A stretch of DNA of 64,000 nucleotides from the NCBI GenBank assembly GCA_964016885.1, contig OZ024741.1:384028001-384092000 (forward strand), read 5' to 3'. The stretch is from Eledone cirrhosa. Taxonomy: Eukaryota. The notes beneath the pieces were generated by a model, which did not search any database, was not told where the DNA came from, and worked only from the letters and a program-made list of their open reading frames with translations. Made by a program: the position numbers and the translations under genes. Shown one piece after another: positions 53,701 through 64,000 of the stretch; positions within the stretch are counted from its first letter, which is position 1, and each line of letters starts with the position of its first letter.

Positions 53701-54000
53701 CGAGAAATTCAAACGGCTACACAAAGAACACATGGAATTTCCACAACCTACCATTGTGGAAATTGAATATGTTCTCAGCAGCATTGTGATTGATTGACTG
53801 AATATTGTAATGATTTTCTGTGACAAGAGAGATAGAGTTCATTCGCAAACTTGAAATGATCTATCAGTTTTGTTTGAAACAGCCCTTAGTGATTACTAGA
53901 TTTCTATCCTACGTTGGCTACTATACTCAGTTGGGATAATCTTTCGGAGTCAATATTTATGATATGCGAATGATTGTTTGTGCATTCTACGTTTTACAAA
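50750..54000 (+). pseudogene. Decayed TLR-like remnant (LRRs, Cys cluster, possible TIR), with SINE A insertions at ~51200-51300 and ~51470-51625
   Basis: FPPEI...VPNLRNL..SVNLTQN (ORF 50772), NELCSVD..FL*TLIL (51931), IIDLSP, LEIILDL, CVPFHSC...CVC (52821), RINAFTFDH; weak TIR-like HAFI..VWL and L*YA. Confidence 0.45.
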
Positions 54001-54224
54001 AACAATATTCCATCCACATTCATAAAGTCCAAGTATTCAGTGAGGCTATGTATCAACACGCTTAATTCTACTCTGTACAGACCGTTTCGGAATTAAGATA
54101 TAAACCGCCTTGAGATCTTTATACCTTGAAAACAGTTCGTCTAGTGAAAGCATCAATTAATGGACATGTCAAATATTTTGCCTTACTGGTCAGTGTGACA
54201 TAACGGTTTCAAAATATATCATGT

Positions 54225-54585
54225 AAAGAATTGAGCAAAGAACTAAACATAGAACTGAGCAAAGAACTGAGTATAGAGTTGAACAAAGAACTGAGCATAG
54301 AATTTAGTAAATAACTGTGTATAGAATCAAGCACAGAATCAAAAATAGAATTGAGCATAGAATTGATCAAAGAATTGATCAAAGAACTGAGCATAGAATT
54401 GAGCAAAGAATTCAGTAAAGAACTGAGTATAGAACAGAGCAAAGAATTCAGCAAAGAATGTAGCATAGAATTGAGCAAGGAACTGAGCAAAAAATGAGCA
54501 AAGAACTGGGTAAACATTTGAGCAAAGATCTGAGAAAAGGTCTTAGCATAGAACTGAGCAATGACCTTAACAAAGAACTGAGCAA
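54225..54585. repeat. 12-bp minisatellite, about 30 units, consensus AGAA(C/T)TGAGCA(A/T)
   Basis: Periodicity visible directly in the sequence. Confidence 0.9.
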
Positions 54586-55274
54586 CCCTGTAAATCAACT
54601 GTAGTAGATACATCTTACAGGAGGTATCAAATATGCGAGAGGTAATGATTGTTGAATAATAAGCTAGTGTGTGTGTGTTACCTTAACTGGGCAACACAAT
54701 AAGAAATGAGATTGTAATAGAAGAAAGAAAATGAGTTTTCGTAGTTAAAATAAAAGAGAAATCGAATGTGCATTAAATATGGTGTGTCAATAAAGTATAG
54801 TAATAGTTATTGTTGTTGCTGTTGTTTAAGCCAGGAGAACTATGTTCAATGGCATTCCATTCGTGGCCACCCCTTCTCTTCAAAAAAGCGTTATTTGAAA
54901 CCACTGATTTCACTTAACATGATTCCTGACAAAGTGATTCCACTGCCGACACTAAACCAACCAAGTATGTCTCACTCTACCTGCTAGATAATGCAGCTGA
55001 ATCTACCTCAAATTACTACCTACAGTTTTAAAAAAACACTGGACGAATTAGATAATGTAGTCCTAGATACTCTGTCTGACAACAGCTGGAACGTAGTCTC
55101 ACTCGACCTGCTAGATATTGCTGTCGCATCTCCCTTAAATCACATCTTAGTCTTTAAACAACTGAGTGAATTAGATAATGTCGCCCTAGATACATTATAT
55201 TTGAAAAAAGACGGGGTCAGTACAGCTGGAACGTAAAATATCATTGGTCTGCTCGACAAAGCCTTATGTGGAGC

Positions 55275-55478
55275 TAAATAATAATAATAATAACGTTTCT
55301 ACGTTTGGCACAAGGCCAGCAATTACCCCAGTGCATTACTGGTGCTTTATTTTATCGACGTAAGGATGAAAGGCAAAGTTAACCTCGGCGGATTTGAACT
55401 CAGAACGTAAAGAATCATAACTCTATGTTACAAAGCATGGTTTCTGACGCTCTACTGATACTGCCAAACCACCGCCCT
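55275..55478 (-). mobile_element. SINE family A, full length
   Basis: Reverse complement: GGGCGGTGG..GGCAGTATCAGTAGAGCG..GAGTTCAAATCC.., core, tail and (ATT)n. Confidence 0.85.
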
Positions 55479-55499
55479 TAATAACAATAATAACGTAAT

Positions 55500-56110
55500 A
55501 TAACTAGAACTATATTAACCACTGTGCGCTTTTTTTAAAGAAAGTAGGTTGGTTTTACGACATGTTAAAGCAAATATTCAGAGGTTCCATTTATCTAACT
55601 CGTAGTTAATAATTAGTTCAATCTTAGGACCTTAAGATACTGGGAACTAAGCGTAGGGTAAGTCGAATCTATCGATGAAATATACATCAAATTTACCCAA
55701 GCTAGCGATGTTACAAACGGTAAAATATACCACCATATGATACATTTTTATGCAAACTAGAGGCTAAAACATATCTGTTCAATAATTGAGCAGCCTTGAG
55801 AAGACTATGCTTCCTTATTGAGTTCTTATAAGATTGGAACAAGCCTCTATTTATATCCTTGTCTACTAACTAAGATCAGATTTACCTCTGCACATGAAAA
55901 TTTAAACGTTACAAACAATTGCTTGGTGTAATATACTTTCTGTACCGTTCTGACATTGGAGGTGGGCGGGAAATCGAAGTCATCAACCCAGCTTTTGCAT
56001 TCAAAAATGTTACTTGTTAGTGTAATTGTTTGATCAGGAAATAATTTAGCTGTAGGTAACGTTCGTTCTAGTATATTTGTTTTTATTCATATAGCCAATG
56101 GGGATTTTAT
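55500..56110 (+). pseudogene. Further LRR-like remnant
   Basis: NIQRFHLSN and EIEVINPAFAFKN (55970). Confidence 0.3.
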
Positions 56111-56508
56111 TTACCATTTTATATAATGATATAAGTCATTATTAAGTTAATAACTCCAAGAGAAATGTACTTCATAATTTCGATTTTTTTTCTATCACCA
56201 CAACTAATAACATTTTGTTTGCCTTTTATATATATTTTCTTCAGTTTTCTCCAGTGTTGTTTGTTGCTTATATATATATATAGAGAGAGAGATAGAGAGA
56301 AAGAGAGATGGTGAGAGGGGGAAGGGGAGGATAGGTGAGAGGGAAGATGTATATATGTATATAAATAAATCATCATTCCTGAGGATTTCAAATGAATGCA
56401 AAGTTCTAGTACTGTAAAACATTCGTATATGAAATAAATATATACATTCTCTATTAATTTATTGGGCGCCATATTTAACTCGGGTTCCCTTCCGCTCCCC
56501 TTATATAT

Positions 56509-56586
<78 letters not shown>

Positions 56587-56596
<10 letters not shown>

Positions 56597-56649
56597 CGTA
56601 AAATAAGAAAATTTTTTTAAAAAATTTTCTTATTTTACGTCTTTTATAT
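56587..56649. repeat. AT-rich palindrome adjoining (TA)n
   Basis: ATAAAAGACGTAAAATAAGAAAATTTTT/AAAAATTTTCTTATTTTACGTCTTTTAT. Confidence 0.85.
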
Positions 56650-56760
56650 TATTGTTCTGCATCCTCCTGCATTGAACCACCTAGGTACTATGACATAAAC
56701 TGTGTATTTGCTGGCATTAGCGTACATCTGTGCGCTTATGTTAGTAGATATATTAAATTA

Positions 56761-56795
<35 letters not shown>

Positions 56796-56867
56796 ATAAT
56801 AATAAATTTGAAGACTAAAATCCAAAGAGGGCTCGATAAGGATAAATATATGAGAACCGTAGAGCAA

Positions 56868-57000
56868 ATATTTATTAAAATAACAGATTAAAGTTTAAGC
56901 AAAGAATCGATGATTTCACCCTTAACAGGATCTTCTATAGATCCCGTTAAGGGTGAAATCAGCGATTCTTTGCTTAAACTTTAATCTGTTATTTTAATAA

Positions 57001-57004
<4 letters not shown>
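56868..57004. repeat. 66-bp-arm palindrome (2 mismatches) containing hammerhead 3' halves (PLE remnant)
   Basis: Arms 56868-56933 and 56939-57004; GA-TCCC-GTTAA-GGGT-GAAA at the apex. Confidence 0.85.
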
Positions 57005-57035
<31 letters not shown>

Positions 57036-57261
57036 AGTTAGCTCCACAATGGTTTACAATAAGCCGAGTCGAAGATTCGCAAGGTGAATCAAATTGTTCT
57101 CGGCAATGGTTAATTAACTGTTGTGTTGTGGAACTAACCGCTACTGTAGTAGTGCTCTACTACTGGATATAACCTCCCAGTGTTCTACCACTATATATAT
57201 ATGTGTGTGTTTGTGTGTCTGTGTGTATAATTGTATATATACATACATATATATAAATAAT

Positions 57262-57810
57262 ATGGGTAATATTTATATTTTCCAATTACCAGTATGAGAG
57301 TAGATCAATGTAAAATAACAAATATAATACAGAGCCGGAATACTTTATAAATAACAATCAAAGAGTGTTTAATAACATTTAATTACTAACGATCGTTTCA
57401 TCCAAGCACAAGGCCGACTCAATCGGAGTATAAATCAAAAGTTAGAACTCAGATAACCTTGTTAAAGAACATTCTGAGGATACCACATATGAGAAGAAAG
57501 CGAAAATAATAAATGTCAACATAGATTTAAGAGAGGAAAGCAAGAAGCACATGAATAACAAGAATCAGCAGGAAAGGGCATTAAAATCAGGCTGATATAA
57601 AGGAAAGAAAAAAGAAAAAAAGAAAAAAATCTGCTATAAGGAATTTAAGCATAAAGTAGGTATATCATGCACTGACAAATTTACACACAATATAAGCAAT
57701 ACAACAGTCTATAAAAGCTAGTGCATGGATCAAATATAAACTTAAATTTAAGAATGTAACAATAATCTTCAATGTAGATTTTTACTATATTTCTGTATAA
57801 AGTATATCAT
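57262..57810 (-). mobile_element. Probable PLE 3' remnant with decayed hammerhead at ~57383-57430
   Basis: Minus strand reads TACT-CCGATTGA...GAAAC-GATC-GTT-AGTA with palindromic stem III AACGATCGTT. Confidence 0.4.
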
Positions 57811-58222
57811 CATTATATAAAATCCCGCCGAGGTTGACTTTGCCTTTCATCCTTACGGGGTTGATAAAATAAAGTACCAGTAATGCACTGGATTATTGCT
57901 GGCCTTGTGCCTAAAGTAGAAACAATTATATATAATATATAAATATATAAATATATATATATTCAGACCTGTAATTGTAGCGTGTCGATAATTGTGTTAC
58001 CGGGAGATGGGGATATATTTAGAAAGACATATGGTTTAACTCTTCCTTGAGCGATCTGGATCTGGTGTTTGGGTTCTAATGTAGGTGTATCTTTTATGTC
58101 TGCTTGGGCTCATTGTTGGCTTTGCTTTAATTTTGGTTGTATTATGTTCCAGTTAAGGCAATTCACGGTCTTAGTTACACACAGACACAATGAAACGCAC
58201 ACATACACACACACGCGCGCGG

Positions 58223-58264
<42 letters not shown>

Positions 58265-58266
<2 letters not shown>

Positions 58267-58545
58267 CGTCGGGCTTAAAATTGTAAGGCTGTGAGTTCGA
58301 TTCTCGGGCCGGGTTTGCATTGTGTTCTTGAGCAAGACATTTTATTTCACTCAGCTGTAGAAATGAGTTGCGACGTCACTATTGCCAAGCTGTGTCGGTA
58401 ATTGCCATGACCATGGACAACACCGATGGTGTGGGGAGGGGAGCCTGGTATGCATGGGCGACTGCTGGTCTTCCACAAACAACTTTGCTCGGACTTGGAG
58501 GGGAACTTCTAGGTAAAAATTACATGGTCACTCATGACCGATGAG
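58265..58545 (+). mobile_element. SINE family B variant
   Basis: GTGAGTTCGATTCTCG..TTGTGTTCTTGAGCAAGACATTTTATTTCAC. Confidence 0.7.
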
Positions 58546-58576
58546 TGTATTTATTCTTTACCCTTATATATATATA

Positions 58577-58667
<91 letters not shown>

Positions 58668-59269
58668 ATATATATATAAGTGATTATTATGAAGTATTCC
58701 TCTATTATTTAGGGTGAGGTGAGAGAAGCTCAATGCACACTAAAAGTCCTCAGTACATTAAGAATTCAAAACGGATGAAATATTCTTCGATAATTTGTTT
58801 GTTGTTGACGACAATACACATAGCAGAGCATTAATATTCAAAATGAAGATAAACCAAGATTAACAACCTAAAGCCATTCTTTAAGTTCTACGTACGTTTC
58901 TATACAGGTGATAATGATGTAAACACGTTAATCAGAAACAAGTAATTAATTATTTACACAAAACATAATATATATAACATCCGCATATTATATAAAGGGA
59001 TTAATCCCGCCGACGTTAACTTTGCCTTTAATGCTTACGGAGTCGATAAAATAAAGTACCAGTAATGCACTGGGATAATTGCTGGCCTTGTGCCAAAAGT
59101 AGAAACAATTATATAAAGGGATAAAGTTTAACGAAATACAAATTATAAATACAGGCACAACATCAAATGCAAGGCATTAACAAGTATATAACGAAAAATG
59201 TACATGAAGCGGGTTTAACATCCAAAGTTGTAAGAGATTGTTTTTAAGTTGAGATAAAATGCAGTACTT

Positions 59270-59610
59270 CGTTATGAGTAATAATACTATTGTCGCCGTC
59301 GAGACCTCTGGCATACTTGGACCCGTTACTGCTGAACTTCTCCTCAAGATCGGAGCGTCGGGGGCCCGTCTGAGGAGGGAACGCCGCAAGGTTGGGTGAA
59401 TGATTTTGCCGTCTTGTCAGCGGGGCGCAGCACTTCTGCCCTCTTACCCTAGGCCCAAAGCCCAATCACCCTCCCCCTTTACCCCTCCCCTCTCTTCTGC
59501 GACACCAGAGCTCTTGCCATCCCCTCCCCTTCCCGTTCTTTTTCTTCTTTCTTTCTCTCTATTTTTTTCTATGTTTTATAGTTAATCAAATGTATCATAA
59601 AGAAAAAAAA
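59270..59610 (+). mobile_element. 3' end of a CRE-like (RLE) non-LTR retrotransposon
   Basis: IVAVETSGILGPVTAELL..G......RE...QRG resembles the P.A.ET.G..G...QRGNA C-terminus; followed by a pyrimidine-rich UTR and an A-rich end. Confidence 0.6.
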
Positions 59611-59756
59611 TATTATCACGTTAAGAGAATATTCATTGGTGGTTAAATAGTATTCATAGAAAAGTGTGCGAAAAGCAGGAAGCGAAGCGAAATTAGTTCA
59701 GAAGTCGCGGTAAAAATTAGTTTTCGCGTAAATGGATATATAATATGTCGGAAACA

Positions 59757-59875
59757 TCCCGCCGAGGTTGACTTTGCCTTTCATCCTTACGGGTCGATAA
59801 AATAAAGTACCAGTAATGCACTGGGTAATTGTGCCTAAAGTAGAAACAATTATTATTATTATTATTATTATTATT
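59757..59875 (+). mobile_element. SINE family A 3' half with (ATT)n tail
   Basis: Core and tail as at 8311; further 3' halves at ~57822-57930 and ~59005-59110. Confidence 0.85.
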
Positions 59876-62800
59876 GGCGACCTACGTAGTAAATCGTATC
59901 ATCGTGAGCTCCTCAAATGTTTGTTATTTTCAGTTATTTAAAATTGCCATTTATGGAAATTTTTTATTGTTAACTATATATAAGTGCACATACATTGATT
60001 TCTGCAAAGGACACTCAAAAATATTGGGCCCAAAATTTAAACTTTTTATAATTATCAAAAAAAAATGTTTTCTTTGAAAAATAATGGATGACTCAGATTC
60101 ACTCCTTCCTCACAATCCAACACCTTACACCGACACCACCATTGTAAACATTGCTACGTTTACCAACACTGGAATTGTAAGCAGTAGCAATATTTTAAAT
60201 TTGTCTCAGGCAGACGTTCATTTCCCGCCATTTCCAATGACTGCAGGTGTTAAAACCGCCACCACCGTGACAACCACCACCCCCACCACCACCACAGCGA
60301 CAACAGAAACAAAAGAAGAAAAAAATAAATTAACTCATGATATCGAAATGAATTCAACCAAAATGAACTCTTCCACACCGAACACCACTGACGCCACCAC
60401 CACCACAACTGAAACTAAAATTAACAATACCAAAAATAACGATAATAACAACAGCAACAATGAAATTAAGAAAACTACCCTGAGTTTTGCCAGAGTAGCA
60501 ATAACGTGTGAAGCGATTCAGATAACTCAGGAAGAATTAGACGAAGCCAAAGGAATGGTAATGAAAGATGGGTACAGTGTCAGCCCCCCCCCCCCACACA
60601 CACACACACCTAATAAAATGGAGCAACGTCGCCTATGCACCGTGTCTTATCGGACAATAAACATGAAATCGCGCCGAGTCGAACGGGCATCTGAGTCCCA
60701 AATCCAAAAAGCTTTAGGACATGTGTGGGCAAAAAAAAAACACATCAGACGTGGGCAGAAGTATGGAACCGTGGACGTGTTCTTTGAAACACCACAGGAG
60801 GGCAGAGAACACTCCATGGCCCCATTAAGAAGTGACGACTTCACACTCAACCCAAGCTATTGTGGCCAAAGACTTGTGAAGATCAGGGTGAACCACGCTC
60901 CACCAGCCATCGAAATTCCCTGGCTAATGGCTGCCGTCCTCTCCGGCATCGAGGCCAACACCAAAATAATAGATATAGCAAAAGAAATACAGGAGAACTG
61001 GTCCGGATCTGGGATGGAGCTCCTGATCCAAGCGGACCATAAAAGCATTGAAGAGATCCCTGAGGTAATAGACCTCACTGACGGCACCCACCTCACCGTA
61101 ATCGTCGAGGGCAGAAGACCTAGGTGTGTCGTTTGTGGTGAAGGAACCCACCTAAGGGCTTTCTGCCCTCAGGCTAAAAGGTTGAGGCCACCTCTCTTAC
61201 CCACCCCAGTGACTCAACCATCAACACCACCAGCAGCAGAAATAGCAGCAACAACAGAAGCAACTGTAACAGCAACAACCCCAGCAACAGTTACAAAACC
61301 AACACCACCACCACCAGCAAATCCAACACCACCACCACCCAACGCTTCAGAACTAGCACCAGCGCCTACACCATCCACCACGCCACAACCAAAACTAACG
61401 CCTGTGGAGGATTTTCCACTCCCCGGCCTATCACAACTGGAGACAGATTGTGACGACGAGGAGTGGGAAACGGTATCAGGAAAAAAAAAGAAACCAAAAA
61501 AGAAAAAATTCTCTTCCTTCCCCCTCCAAAAACAAAATACAGAGGGAAACAAATAAATTAACAAACAAAAAAGTTAGGACAGATATGCCACCATCTACAC
61601 CAGCATCACCAACCCCATCACCCCAAACACCAACACCATCACCATCATTAACCCCAACACCACCATCACCTACACCACAAAAGTCACCAAAATGCGAAAC
61701 AGAAACAAACCCACAACAAACGCAAACAAAACAACCAAAACGATACACACTACACAGCATTAAATTTGAACAACAAGCAATTATTACACTACATTCAACA
61801 CAACACCAGCATCATAGAAAAAGACTACACAACAACCCAAAAATTCACACCGCCTCCGCACATACAAATCACTCGCATCACACAGAACACGTACATGACA
61901 CTAAAACAAAAATTCCCCAAAGACATCGGAGACTTCCGACAAGCACTCTCCAGGAGGATTTATAAGGACATCCTTCCTGAGGAGGCCACAAGCAGTGAAA
62001 AGGATGGAAAAACCGTCCTTCCTCTACAAGAAGTAAGGTAAGTGGTCTTTCCCATCTTTTCCACTCCTTTTCAACATGACCTCACTCAGAATAAGCAGCA
62101 TAAATGCGCGTGGCTTGGGGTCGTCATGGAAGCAGGGCCACCTGCTCAACGACCTCAGGTCACTAAACATAGATGTAGTGGCCATCAGCGAGACCAGAAT
62201 CTCCGAAGCACGGGCCTTCGCACCGATCTTCGGCGGCTACGATGTGTACGCATCTCCCAGCCGTCCGGGATAGGGGGAGGAGTTGCTGTGCTTTTTCGGA
62301 GAGGTTTGGATCTTGCCATACGGGCCATCTTCCTGGACCCAGAAGGTAAGTTGGTGGTGCTGGACGTGACCAGCGGAGACGGGCAAGCTTTCAGGTTAGT
62401 GGCCGTCTATGCCCCGAGAGGAGCAGGGCGGCCTGATTTCTTCCGGCGTCTAGAGACCTTTCTTGGAACGTCCCGCTCTTTAATGTTAGTGGGCGACTGG
62501 AACGGGATCTTAGATACACGCTGGGATTGTGTGGGATTAGTGGATAGGGAAGGAGGGTGCAAGAGTCTCACCAACCTGCTCAGGCGTTTTGAACTGTCTG
62601 ACAGGTACCGATTAGATTTCCCGAATGTACCAATGTGGACTTGGACAAATCGCATAGGGTCATCCAGGTCATATCTAGATAGAGTATTTTGTAGGGAAAT
62701 AGATAGATCTAGCATAGGCTGTCCATAATTCAAGATAGTCAGCTACACGGACCACAAACTCGTGATCTGGGTGCTTGACTTAGATAGGCTTCATAGACGA

Positions 62801-64000
62801 GGACCCGGCTACTGGAAGCTAAACGCGTCCTTACCAGCGCGTAAGGCCTACAGAGACCGGATTAGCGAACTAGTTAAGCGGGCGTTGACGGGGGCCATCG
62901 TCAACAACAAGTGGTGGTTTGCTCTGAAAAGAGCAATTAGAATAGAGTCCATTAGGTTTAGTAAGGCTTTAGCAATAGAGAAAAATAGAGCAGAGGGAGA
63001 ATTAGTTAGAAAATTAGACGAGGCGCTTTGCAAAGGCATCGCGACCGACGTACTTGCGGCGAAATTGGCCCTTGACCAATTCTTCAATGCAAAGCACGAA
63101 GGCTGCGTTGTCAGAGCTAGGGTGCGTGCTCTCAGACACGAGGGGACGAAAGCCGTTCAATGGGCCCGAGTGGCGGAGGCGCGTCGTTGCAACAAAGCCA
63201 CGATCCGGTCTTTGGTGGACCACGACGGGCGCATGCTACTCGATCCCGGGCAAATGTGTGAAGCTTTTCAACGACACTTCGCTCAACTGTTCGGGGGAAG
63301 TGGCGAGCCGGATCAAGGGATGGACTTTAGTATCTACCTCGACGGACTGCCGCGGCTCTCGGCCACTGAGGCGGAGTGTTGCGAAAAGCCGATAACAACC
63401 GCTGAAGTACCGGAGGCAATGACTGGCTGCACAAGGGGTAAATCGCCTGGTTTAGATGGTCTGCCCTATGAACTTTACGTACAAATGCCAGACTTGTTCG
63501 GAGGCCTCTTGGCGGACGTCTACTGCAACTGGCAACAGAACGGGAGAATTCCCAGCCTTGTGAGCCGAGGAGCGGTGGCGCTGCTAAGAAAGGATCCGAA
63601 CAAGGGGATAACATAGATAATTTTAGGCCCATAACTCTGCTAAACACAAAGTTCAAGATTTTGGCCAAGGTGCTAGCAAGAGGTTGGCGCTTGTCGTTGG
63701 TGGTCTGGTGGGAGAGGCACAGACATGCGCCATTCCCGACAGATCCATCCACGACAACCTCCACCTCATGCGATACATTGTAGAGAGGGTAGCTAGGGAA
63801 CCTGGCACGGGTGGGTCTTTCATCAATTTAGATCAGTCGAAAGCCTTCGATAGGGTCGACCATTGTTACCTAGCGGCAGTCCTGAGGGCGGCTGGCTTTG
63901 GGCCCGTCTTCAGAGGCTGGATCGCTGCCATGCACAGCGACATCTGCTCTGTAGTGAGAGTGAACGGTCACCTTTCGGAACCGTTCAACATCATGCGCTC
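59876..64000 (+). mobile_element. Tx1/L1-clade LINE (copy 2; runs off the window)
   Basis: Colinear with 8418-12483; ORF1 from 60084, ORF2 from 62076 with frameshifts. Confidence 0.93.
60084..61556 (+). CDS. Tx1-like ORF1 protein (490 aa open; true end probably ~62041 after frameshifts)
   Basis: CCHC knuckle RCVVCGEGTHLRAFC, T/N-rich N-terminus, P/T-rich linker and WETVSGKKKK basic motif. Confidence 0.8.
   Translation: MDDSDSLLPHNPTPYTDTTIVNIATFTNTGIVSSSNILNLSQADVHFPPFPMTAGVKTATTVTTTTPTTTTATTETKEEKNKLTHDIEMNSTKMNSSTPNTTDATTTTTETKINNTKNNDNNNSNNEIKKTTLSFARVAITCEAIQITQEELDEAKGMVMKDGYSVSPPPPHTHTPNKMEQRRLCTVSYRTINMKSRRVERASESQIQKALGHVWAKKKHIRRGQKYGTVDVFFETPQEGREHSMAPLRSDDFTLNPSYCGQRLVKIRVNHAPPAIEIPWLMAAVLSGIEANTKIIDIAKEIQENWSGSGMELLIQADHKSIEEIPEVIDLTDGTHLTVIVEGRRPRCVVCGEGTHLRAFCPQAKRLRPPLLPTPVTQPSTPPAAEIAATTEATVTATTPATVTKPTPPPPANPTPPPPNASELAPAPTPSTTPQPKLTPVEDFPLPGLSQLETDCDDEEWETVSGKKKKPKKKKFSSFPLQKQNTEGNK

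Noticed and set aside
52500-53800. Cadherin-like words (DNDN.P, YIVIAT) suggesting a protocadherin
   Set aside because: Isolated, on opposite strands and without ~110-aa cadherin periodicity; the LRR reading is more consistent.
54225-54585. CRISPR-like array
   Set aside because: Contiguous 12-bp units without unique spacers, no cas genes, eukaryotic context.

Overview
Eukaryotic, AT-rich, microsatellite-saturated DNA. The SINE sequences and repeat landscape suggest an octopod cephalopod; this is inference, as no search was run. No intact host gene is visible. Roughly two thirds of the window is transposon-derived: a ~18-kb nested pile of R4/Dong-type (RT + RLE) and Tx1/L1-type LINEs in (TTA)n tracts (3.1-21 kb), an RTE LINE, a mariner, a Gypsy RT relic, a Helitron-like element, a near-complete Naiad-type Penelope-like element (PLE) with an inverted pLTR (41.6-45.6 kb), an R4-clade LINE in (CATA)n tracts, a second Tx1 copy running off the right end, and many tRNA-derived SINEs. 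Most notable: (1) the PLE pLTRs carry a type I hammerhead ribozyme with a compensatory U3-A8 core (UUGAGAA), and a second PLE family shows UUGAUAA; (2) several small fold-back palindromes in (TA)n tracts have their apex at a hammerhead stem II; (3) the Tx1-like LINE lands in the (ATT)n tail of SINE family A and shares its 3' motif; (4) the non-TE DNA between insertions looks like heavily decayed intronless LRR/Toll-like receptor genes on the + strand. Boundaries of decayed features are approximate, and all protein and RNA motifs were read by eye.
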